Below are positions 8,710 through 14,992 of a stretch of 17,725 nucleotides of DNA, one piece after another. The notes under the pieces are model-generated. The model searched no databases. It was not told the DNA's origin and worked only from the letters and a program-made list of their open reading frames with translations. Both the position numbers and the translations under genes were made by a program. Position 1 is the stretch's first letter; every line of letters starts with the position of its first letter. The stretch is from Thermoproteota archaeon (lineage in GTDB: Archaea; Thermoproteota; EX4484-205; JAAOZP01), in assembly GCA_049700215.1 (NCBI GenBank), contig JBNAVT010000030.1:1-17725 (forward strand). Reading direction: 5' to 3'.

Positions 8710-8772
8710 GCGTTTTGCGCATCGCAAAGCGCGCACTATTATTATACTCCTGGAATTGTAGTACGTGCGCGC
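8710..8772. other. Two overlapping, mutually exclusive inverted repeats
   Basis: GCGTTTTGCG-cat-CGCAAAGCGC (8710-8732), and GCGCGCAC (8729-8736) pairing with GTGCGCGC (8765-8772) with further imperfect inner pairing. Confidence 0.5.
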
Positions 8773-8811
8773 CTACTGGCTCCAGTCTCCGTTTGTAATA
8801 ATAACTCGGAG

Positions 8812-8847
8812 TAAAGCTTAAATAAAGGTTGGATAAAATGACCAACC
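8812..8847 (+). promoter_or_regulatory. BRE/TATA promoter plus palindromic operator, copy 2
   Basis: TAAAG-CTTAAATA (TATA 8817-8824), then GGTTGG-ataaaatga-CCAACC (8827-8847). 8812-8845 matches 7828-7861 at 28/34 nt. Confidence 0.78.
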
Positions 8848-8871
8848 AGCGCTACGGAGGGTGTGGGAACA

Positions 8872-9369
8872 ATGTCTAAGGAAGCTCGACATTACAAGAG
8901 GCTTTTAATAATCGCAGTTATCATTTTTGTAGCAGTACTCGTTGGAGAAACCCTCTACCTAGTTGGTCTTATGAGACGGTTGAACACGCTTACGGAGGAA
9001 ATGGAGACCCTCGCGAGGAGCGTTGAAACAATAACTCTAAGAGTAAGCCTCCTCGTAAAGTATGACAATGACACCGGAGTATGGTTCAATAACACTCTTG
9101 TACCCGTCGGCTGGACCCTGTTCAACCTGACCCTTTATGCTCTGGGAGGAAAAGTAGATTATCAAGTACACCCGTTCGGCGTGTTCGTCACGGGGATAAA
9201 TGGCGTGAGCCAGCATGGGAGTCACTACTGGTTCTGGTACAGGTGGGATCATGAGACGCGGGACTGGATTCTTGGGGAAACGGGTGCAGACTCATATGTT
9301 CTCAGGCGTAATGACGTTTTAGCATGGTATCTTGCAGACGCAAGCAGTTGGCCGCCGGCTAAGCCTTAA
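8872..9369 (+). CDS. Membrane-anchored DUF4430 / transcobalamin-like C-terminal domain protein (CbrS-like, predicted corrinoid binding)
   Basis: N-terminal TM, short coiled segment, then G.TLF.L...GVFVTGINGV...YWFWY.W...GADSYVL...DVLAW, typical of DUF4430. GGAGG at 8856-8860 precedes ATG 8872. Confidence 0.85.
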   Translation: MSKEARHYKRLLIIAVIIFVAVLVGETLYLVGLMRRLNTLTEEMETLARSVETITLRVSLLVKYDNDTGVWFNNTLVPVGWTLFNLTLYALGGKVDYQVHPFGVFVTGINGVSQHGSHYWFWYRWDHETRDWILGETGADSYVLRRNDVLAWYLADASSWPPAKP

Positions 9370-9403
9370 CGTTTTTTTATAAGCCCCGTTCAATCTATTA
9401 TAG

Positions 9404-10018
9404 TTGTCGACGCTGGTGTCTTTAAGAAGGATTGCCCAGGAATGCATGAAACACCCTAAGCACTATACGCCTGGCCACGTTCTCCTAACCATTCTACACA
9501 TAGGTGAGGGCTCTGTTTCACGGGCTAAGCTTCAAAAACTGCTCGGCCTAGGAGAGGCCTCTGTCAAAAGCATGGTTAAATGCATGAAGAAACATGGTTT
9601 AATCTCTACTTCGGCCAGCGGCAGCAGGTTAACCAGCAGGGGAATAGGGGTTTTTAAACGCGTTAGGCTTCAGGTTCCAGAGCTTAGGAAAATCGGTTTG
9701 GACTATTTGTCGGTTGGAAGGGTTAATTACACGGCTGTCTTGAGAAACATGGAGCCCCTTGACGCTTTGAAGATCAGGGATATGGCTGTTAGACTTGGGG
9801 GGAGTGGGGCGGTGCTCCTCTCCCTGGAAGAAGGGGGTCTTAAAATACCTTATGTCGCGGAGGACCTTAGAAGCATCTCGGCTAAAGACTGCAAGGAGCT
9901 TAGCAAAATGAGCCTTAAAGACAAGGATTTCATACTTGTTGTGGGTGGGGAGGATGACCGTTCAGCCCTGGGGGCCCTAGGGTCGATACTTCTGGAGCTG
10001 CTTACGCGTCAAGCTTAA
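9404..10018 (+). CDS. Winged-helix protein with DUF4443-like C-terminal domain (putative transcription regulator)
   Basis: HTH and wing: SRAKLQKLLGLGEASVKSMVKCMKKHGLI...GSRLT.RG. C-terminal 'IRD.AVR.GG.GAV...GGL..P' pattern. TTTATAAG at 9376-9383 upstream. Confidence 0.8.
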   Translation: MSTLVSLRRIAQECMKHPKHYTPGHVLLTILHIGEGSVSRAKLQKLLGLGEASVKSMVKCMKKHGLISTSASGSRLTSRGIGVFKRVRLQVPELRKIGLDYLSVGRVNYTAVLRNMEPLDALKIRDMAVRLGGSGAVLLSLEEGGLKIPYVAEDLRSISAKDCKELSKMSLKDKDFILVVGGEDDRSALGALGSILLELLTRQA

Positions 10019-10045
10019 ATCTGGGCGTGGAGCATTAGCAGCAGG

Positions 10046-10888
10046 TTGACAATAGCCGTTTTAACGCATAAGCCATACTCGTACTCATCCATACGCCTTA
10101 TGGAGGAGGCGGGCAAGCATGGCGTCGGCTGTCAACTTGTCTCGTTCAGCGACACGGCGCTCCTTGTGAAAGAAGGCAGGGTTGAGCTCAGGGTTTTCCA
10201 GGATAAGGGGGTTCGAAGGGTTTTCTCAAGGCCCAAAACCCTGTTAAGCCCTATAATGATGTACGCGCTCTCGTTAACCAGGATTCTTGAGGAGGAGGGG
10301 CTTTACGTTGTTAACCCGTTTAAAGGGTTCATGAATACTCTAGACAAAATGATTACCTATAGGAATCTTTGCCTTAGGAATCTTCCAATACCTGATTCGC
10401 TGCTCACGCCTTCGCGGGAAAGAATTCGGGAAATGTCCCAGCCCTTCTTCCTGAAGCCGATATACGGCTCAAGGGGGAGAGGGGTTAAACTCGTTGAAAA
10501 CATGAACGCCATGCCTAGTCTGGAAGCCCACGGCGCATGGGTTGCTCAAGCCCCAGCTAGGGACCTGGACTGGGACCTCAGGGTGCTCGTCCTAGACGGC
10601 CGTGTGCTTGCAGCGATGAAAAGAGTTTCGAATAAGCCTGTTACGAACATATCTCAAGGCGGGGTTGGGGAAGCCTTTGGGAAAGAGGGGGAGGTGGCGG
10701 AGCTGGCCGTAAGGGCTTCCGAGGCTTTAAACTGTGTTTTCGCTGGTGTCGACATGTCTTTCAAGCAAGGCGAAGCTTTTATACTTGACGTTAACCCCCA
10801 ACCGGATTTCATGGGTGTTGAGGAAGCAACCGGTGTGAACGTGGCTCGAGAGATAATCCGCCACATGTTTTCCAGGGTGGGGGGATAG
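10046..10888 (+). CDS. RimK/CofF/MptN-family ATP-grasp alpha-L-glutamate ligase
   Basis: VVNP...DK, KPIYGSRGRGV, DLRVLV, R...TNISQGG, FAGVD and DVNPQP (canonically EVN). CTTAAATC at 10014-10021 lies 24 nt upstream. Confidence 0.88.
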   Translation: MTIAVLTHKPYSYSSIRLMEEAGKHGVGCQLVSFSDTALLVKEGRVELRVFQDKGVRRVFSRPKTLLSPIMMYALSLTRILEEEGLYVVNPFKGFMNTLDKMITYRNLCLRNLPIPDSLLTPSRERIREMSQPFFLKPIYGSRGRGVKLVENMNAMPSLEAHGAWVAQAPARDLDWDLRVLVLDGRVLAAMKRVSNKPVTNISQGGVGEAFGKEGEVAELAVRASEALNCVFAGVDMSFKQGEAFILDVNPQPDFMGVEEATGVNVAREIIRHMFSRVGG

Positions 10889-10890
10889 TC

Positions 10891-11508
10891 TTGAAGACGA
10901 TTGGCCTAGTTATAGCGCTTGGACATGGGGAGGAGGGTTTCGTAGAGCTGAACCAGCTTGAAGGGTTCCCGGTTTTCCTCCACGTCGTCAGGAACATTGG
11001 GGAAATAGCTGAGGAAGTAGCCCTAGCAGTGGCTAGGGATTCTCAGAGCCTTTTTGCCGAAGCCGTTTCCCAATACGGCTTCGAGGAGTGCAGCATCCTA
11101 GGCTTAAACAATACTGAAGACCTGTTCAGCACTTTTAAAGAATGCTTGGAGAAGGTTTCGGGTGAAGTGGTTGTAACCGCTCCGGCTAACGCTCCCCTCA
11201 TACCTGTTGACATACTCGCCCTTCTAGCGGAGCTCTGCGAGAAGAGGGATGCTGTGCTGGTTAGGGATGTGAAGGGGGGTGTGGACTGGCTCCTATCCGC
11301 CTACAAGAGGCGGAGCTTCATGGATGTTGTTGAAGCAAGGAGGCCGGGGGGCTTCGAAGAGCTCGTCGACGGGCTGAGGAGAGTCATGTACATAGCATAC
11401 TCCAGTTTGAAAGACATCGACCCTATGCTTTTCACTAACATAAGGGTTACGCGTGCCTCCGACATACCTTTCGTAGAGAAGATCCTTAAGGGGTCGAGGA
11501 GGCGTTAG
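10891..11508 (+). CDS. MobA-like nucleotidyltransferase-fold protein with degenerate catalytic motifs
   Basis: Overall layout follows archaeal MobA (G.P...HV; EEVALAV; P..APLI...IL..L; AV.VR...G.V..L.SAY; L..IDP.L), but the LAGG/R..G..K, CD, EPL and N.NT motifs are altered. Confidence 0.7.
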   Translation: MKTIGLVIALGHGEEGFVELNQLEGFPVFLHVVRNIGEIAEEVALAVARDSQSLFAEAVSQYGFEECSILGLNNTEDLFSTFKECLEKVSGEVVVTAPANAPLIPVDILALLAELCEKRDAVLVRDVKGGVDWLLSAYKRRSFMDVVEARRPGGFEELVDGLRRVMYIAYSSLKDIDPMLFTNIRVTRASDIPFVEKILKGSRRR

Positions 11509-11509
11509 G

Positions 11510-12256
11510 ATGATCAGGATATTCGGGATAAAGTACGACGGCTTCATTAAAAAGGGCGATAATCTTGCTAAAATAACTATAGAGTCGCTCCGGAAGGATG
11601 GTGTGGAGGTTGAGAACAGGGACGTGGTGACGCTCACCCATGTTGCGGTTTCCAAGGCCCTGGGCTGCACGATTAGGCTTAGCGAAGTCAAGCCGAGCCC
11701 CCTGGCGGTAGCGCTTGCAGACAGGCTCCGCAAGCCGCCTGAGGAGGTGGAAATCATACTTAGGGAGAGCAGGGAAATAGTTAGGCTGTCCAGAGGGCGG
11801 ATAATAACTAGGAACAGGGGTGGAATAGTCTGCGCCAACTCGGGAATAGATTTGTCGAACGTAGACGGGGGCTTAAGCATGGCTTTCCAGCCGAGAAACC
11901 CGGACAGGATTGCTAGGAGGATAAGGAAGCAGTTTCTAGACGAGAATGTTGATGTTGGAGTAATAATAACGGATTCTTTTGAAAGGCCATTCAGGATGGG
12001 GCAGGTTAACATGGCGATAGGATGCTCCGGTTTAGCCCCCATTAAAGACTTGAGGGGTAGAACAGACCTGTTCGGATACGTTTTAAGGTTTAAACGGATG
12101 GCGATCGTCGACGAGCTTGCTGCTGCAAGCGAGCTTGTTACAGGCAGCTCTTCAGAAGGCTTCATAGGCGCGTTAGTAAAGGGGTATCAGTATGATTTCT
12201 CAGACGACGGTGTTAAAAGCATTCTGAGAAGCAGAAAAACAGACTTGTTCCTTTAG
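11510..12256 (+). CDS. cofE: Coenzyme F420-0:gamma-L-glutamate ligase family protein
   Basis: IKKGDNLA, VSKA.G, CANSGIDLSNV, IITDSF.RPFR.G..NMAIG.SG, DLRG.TDLFG and DELAAA..LV.G. Confidence 0.9.
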   Translation: MIRIFGIKYDGFIKKGDNLAKITIESLRKDGVEVENRDVVTLTHVAVSKALGCTIRLSEVKPSPLAVALADRLRKPPEEVEIILRESREIVRLSRGRIITRNRGGIVCANSGIDLSNVDGGLSMAFQPRNPDRIARRIRKQFLDENVDVGVIITDSFERPFRMGQVNMAIGCSGLAPIKDLRGRTDLFGYVLRFKRMAIVDELAAASELVTGSSSEGFIGALVKGYQYDFSDDGVKSILRSRKTDLFL

Positions 12257-12317
12257 GCTTCGAAATCTTTTAAACCCGTGAAGAAACTGTTAATAACCCT
12301 CCTACCATTTAGGAAGC

Positions 12318-13013
12318 ATGGTTGAAGGCGCCCCGGTTATGCACGAGGGAGAGCTAATCGGGTTTGTTAAGAAAGAGTATGAGACTGCTAGGCTGATAGA
12401 GGTTATTCTTACGCGCGACCCCGGGAGGCAGATAGATCTTAAGGCTCTTAAAGAGGATTTAAGAAGGCTCTCCAAGCCATATAAGGCTCTTTCCCCGGAA
12501 GCCGCTGAACTACTGGATGAGGATTCAATACTGGTTAGCAGGGCCCTGGCCAACTCGGTGGCACTGCCCTTCGTTAAACCTGTTATGAAAACCCTGGTTC
12601 CGTTAGAGATGTTCAAGCCAATAGCCGGGACCCAGCACATCCTTCAGATGGACCTGCCGGGCCAAGACCTGACCTTCGGCATTGAAGACAGGCTTGCAGG
12701 CATACCTGGGTTGGCTGGCGAATGGTTTGTGGGCAGGGTTGACGGGATAATAATCAGGAGGAGACACGGGTCTGTGGAAGTGCCTGTTAGAACCGGCATG
12801 ATGGCTCCGCGCGCTGAAGGGGCGGGAGAGTGCCTCACCATCTTCGACTTAAACAATGGTTTGAAAACGTTCAAAACGCTTGCTGAAGCGAACATCCCGA
12901 TCATGCATGGTGACGTCATGCTTGTAGACGGGGCTCTGGATGAAAAGAAGGCTGTTTTAAGGGCGAGGCTCATCTTCCTTATAAGGTCTAGAGAGATGTG
13001 GGTTTTCGACTAG
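12318..13013 (+). CDS. Hypothetical protein (231 aa)
   Basis: Long ORF with typical composition. The beta-rich C-terminal half (FVGRV...GDVMLVDG...LRARLIF) hints at an OB-like fold; family not recognised. Confidence 0.75.
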   Translation: MVEGAPVMHEGELIGFVKKEYETARLIEVILTRDPGRQIDLKALKEDLRRLSKPYKALSPEAAELLDEDSILVSRALANSVALPFVKPVMKTLVPLEMFKPIAGTQHILQMDLPGQDLTFGIEDRLAGIPGLAGEWFVGRVDGIIIRRRHGSVEVPVRTGMMAPRAEGAGECLTIFDLNNGLKTFKTLAEANIPIMHGDVMLVDGALDEKKAVLRARLIFLIRSREMWVFD

Positions 13014-13651
13014 GAAACCGGTTTAACCATTGTCGCGACGATTTCAGGGTTTTCAGAGAGCACCCCTATTTTCCAAACAGGCAGGATTAAGCAGCCCTCC
13101 AAAACCCTTGCCTCAGAATCTAGAAAAGTAACCACCACCGGGTAGACAGGCTTCCTAGTGTTCCTCCTTTCCAGTAGGTGGCGAGATAGTTTCCTAGACC
13201 TCTCAAGCTGAAGCCTACAGGCTGAATGAATATTATAGTTTCTCTTAACCCACTGCTTGCAGTCTATTGAAATAAGCATCCTCGGCGCCTCGACTAGGAC
13301 GTCAACCTCCCTAACAGTCTTTTCAAGGTTGAACCTGAAGTGCTCCATGACTCTGAAGCCCTTAACCCTGAAAACTTCAGCGATAATTCTTTCAAAACCC
13401 CTCCAGTTAACCGATTTTAAAACACTTTCAAAACTGACTCCGGAATCAACCGCGTGTTTAACAAGCATTAGAAAGCCTTCGGGAAGCACTTTAACCCTCC
13501 CTCCTGACTCCACGGCCCCGCCTCCTTCGGAAAGCAGCCTTAAACACTCCAAGTACTCCGACGCTTCCCTCCTGCCTACCAGCGGCCCCTCCTCCAGAAG
13601 CCTCTTTAAAAGCCTGAGGCAGAGTGTTCCTCCACATTCCCCGGATGACAT
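13010..13651 (-). CDS. PD-(D/E)XK nuclease-fold protein (Mrr_cat/restriction endonuclease-like)
   Basis: WRGFERIIAEVFRVKGF...REVDVLV...ISIDCKQW, after an N-terminal winged-helix-like segment. Convergent 4-nt overlap with the upstream gene. Confidence 0.85.
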   Translation of the reverse strand: MSSGECGGTLCLRLLKRLLEEGPLVGRREASEYLECLRLLSEGGGAVESGGRVKVLPEGFLMLVKHAVDSGVSFESVLKSVNWRGFERIIAEVFRVKGFRVMEHFRFNLEKTVREVDVLVEAPRMLISIDCKQWVKRNYNIHSACRLQLERSRKLSRHLLERRNTRKPVYPVVVTFLDSEARVLEGCLILPVWKIGVLSENPEIVATMVKPVS

Positions 13652-13670
13652 GCGAGAGAGTAGGATGAGG

Positions 13671-13686
13671 AAGAATTATATTTATG
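13671..13686. promoter_or_regulatory. Probable bidirectional TATA element
   Basis: AAGAATTATATTTATG is the only AT-rich block in the 52-nt gap between divergent starts 13651(-) and 13704/13707(+), and lies about 20-25 nt from each. Confidence 0.5.
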
Positions 13687-13703
13687 GTTTGGAGCGTAGA
13701 ACA

Positions 13704-14186
13704 GTGTTGAACACGGCCTGGGCGATGATAATCATAGCCCTGTTGACCTGCCCTCAGACCACGGGAAACGGGGAGGAAGTCTACGTTACTGTAGTTTTGA
13801 AGATAACCCCCTTCGAACCGCCGGGAAGACACGATTTCAAGGTATACGTGAACGGTTCTTCAAACCCGTTTGGAGCGGAGCTTAAAGTAGATGCTTCTCA
13901 ACCCCTTGTTTTCAAAGTCCCGAAAGGGAGCTACCTGCGGATAAGCGGTGAGCTGGAGATAGCTGGCGACTATGGCTTCTGGTTCAGGCTGGAGAACGTT
14001 AACGGTACGGGTCGCTCCATAGAGTTCAGGGCTGACCGTGACTCCACGGTTTTTCTAAGCTATACGACTAACCACCTTCTTGCATCACCATATTTTATAG
14101 CTGTCTACTTGCTTTTAGCACTACTTTTCATCAGGAGACTAGTCGCATCGCCGAAGCGGGTGAAAACTTTAAAAAGCAGCGCGTGA
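13704..14186 (+). CDS. Small surface protein: signal peptide, beta-rich domain, C-terminal TM anchor
   Basis: Only the 3' part of the 309-aa track ORF. Hydrophobic N-terminus (LNTAWAMIIIALLTC), sequons NGS and NGT, and C-terminal SPYFIAVYLLLALLFI followed by a basic tail. Start is uncertain (13704, 13707 or 13665). Confidence 0.75.
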   Translation: MLNTAWAMIIIALLTCPQTTGNGEEVYVTVVLKITPFEPPGRHDFKVYVNGSSNPFGAELKVDASQPLVFKVPKGSYLRISGELEIAGDYGFWFRLENVNGTGRSIEFRADRDSTVFLSYTTNHLLASPYFIAVYLLLALLFIRRLVASPKRVKTLKSSA

Positions 14187-14199
14187 ACAAACTGTGGAA

Positions 14200-14757
14200 A
14201 TGAGCAGGAGTAAGCCTATTATTCTGATCGCTGGAGAGCTTGGGGCTGGTTGCACGGAGGTTGGGGAGCTTCTTTCCAGAAAGCTCGGCGGCGTAGAAGT
14301 TTACAATACTGAGAAATTCATAAGGAGCATTGTTTCCTCCCCGCACCTGAGTTTCCAAACCCTCGTGGCGAAATCAATCTCGGGTGAGATAGAGATAGAG
14401 AAGGTTTTGCAGAGCCTGGTTCTCGACGTGGTTAATAATGGTCCCGCAATAATAGAGGGTAGGAGCGCCCTGTTCGCGTTGGCTCGCGAAGTTGATCTGA
14501 AGGTCTTCCTGTATAGTGATTTCGACGGCAGGCTGAAGCATATAGCTGATAAAAGGAAGACTGACGACTTGAAGCAGATAGAGGAGGATATTAAGGCTTC
14601 AGACATAGATAGGAGCAGCCTTGTTGAAAGGCTTTTTCACAGGAATTGGAGAGACCCCTTGCTGTACGACGTTATGATAAACACTTCTAAAGTGCCTTAT
14701 GAACAAGTCGCTTCATTCATAATCGAGGCCCTGAAGCTTACGCATGATCGTTATTAG
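14200..14757 (+). CDS. Cytidylate kinase-like protein (Cmk / cytidylate_kin2 family)
   Basis: IAGELGAGCTEVG (P-loop with Lys replaced by Cys), IIEGRS, LKVFL and YDVMINTS. GAAAAC-TTTAAAAA (TATA 14168-14175) lies 24 nt before ATG 14200. Confidence 0.85.
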   Translation: MSRSKPIILIAGELGAGCTEVGELLSRKLGGVEVYNTEKFIRSIVSSPHLSFQTLVAKSISGEIEIEKVLQSLVLDVVNNGPAIIEGRSALFALAREVDLKVFLYSDFDGRLKHIADKRKTDDLKQIEEDIKASDIDRSSLVERLFHRNWRDPLLYDVMINTSKVPYEQVASFIIEALKLTHDRY

Positions 14758-14773
14758 GACTCATGCTAAACGT

Positions 14774-14787
14774 TAAAGATTTATATA
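14774..14787 (+). promoter_or_regulatory. Consensus BRE/TATA promoter for the small basic protein
   Basis: TAAAGA-TTTATATA (TATA 14780-14787), 23 nt before ATG 14811, which is leaderless geometry. Confidence 0.75.
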
Positions 14788-14810
14788 TGACTCGACGGGA
14801 AAATATCATC

Positions 14811-14969
14811 ATGAGCGGAGCCAGTACTGGTGGAGAAGCAAAACCTGCACAGCCTGCGCCTGCACCTGCACCAGCGCCTGCACCTGCGCCTGCGAAGCCT
14901 CCAGCAAAGAAGGCTAAGAAGCCTGCTAAGAAGGCTAAGAAAGCCAAGAAAACCAAGAAAACAAAGTAA
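14811..14969 (+). CDS. 52-aa Pro/Ala/Lys-rich basic protein resembling histone H1 tails
   Basis: MSGASTGGEAKPAQ(PA)7KPPAKKAKKPAKKAKKAKKTKKTK. 15 Lys and 1 acidic residue. Variation among the (PA) repeat units is confined to third codon positions. Has its own TATA, a TAATAA double stop and a T-tract. Confidence 0.8.
   Translation: MSGASTGGEAKPAQPAPAPAPAPAPAPAKPPAKKAKKPAKKAKKAKKTKKTK
14853..14894 (+). repeat. 7 x 6-nt tandem repeat CC(T/A)GC(A/G) encoding (PA)7
   Basis: cctgcg cctgca cctgca ccagcg cctgca cctgcg cctgcg. Confidence 0.9.
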
Positions 14970-14992
14970 TAAAGATAGCTCGCGCTAAATCG

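Noticed and set aside
8558-8845. 95-aa minus-strand ORF
   Set aside because: Starts inside the operator and runs through the promoter of the DUF4430 gene; no motif and atypical composition.
8424-8871. Cobalamin riboswitch upstream of the DUF4430 gene
   Set aside because: I could not find the conserved elements (GGGAA..GGTG, CCCGCAACTGT, GCCACTG, B12 box AGYCAGRAGACC), and the gene has its own TATA only about 47 nt before ATG. An Rfam scan would settle it.
11293-12165. 290-aa minus-strand ORF and other antisense ORFs (52-522, 967-1536, 6303-6683, 12302-12973, 15095-15511, 15759-16181)
   Set aside because: They lie opposite better-supported genes and have shadow-type composition.
13010-13651. 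Restriction-modification or defence system
   Set aside because: No methyltransferase, ATPase or other defence gene nearby; the context is housekeeping.
13257-13703. N-terminal 149 codons of the 309-aa ORF
   Set aside because: Ser/Thr/Pro-rich antisense shadow of the nuclease gene; the credible protein begins at the signal peptide near 13704.
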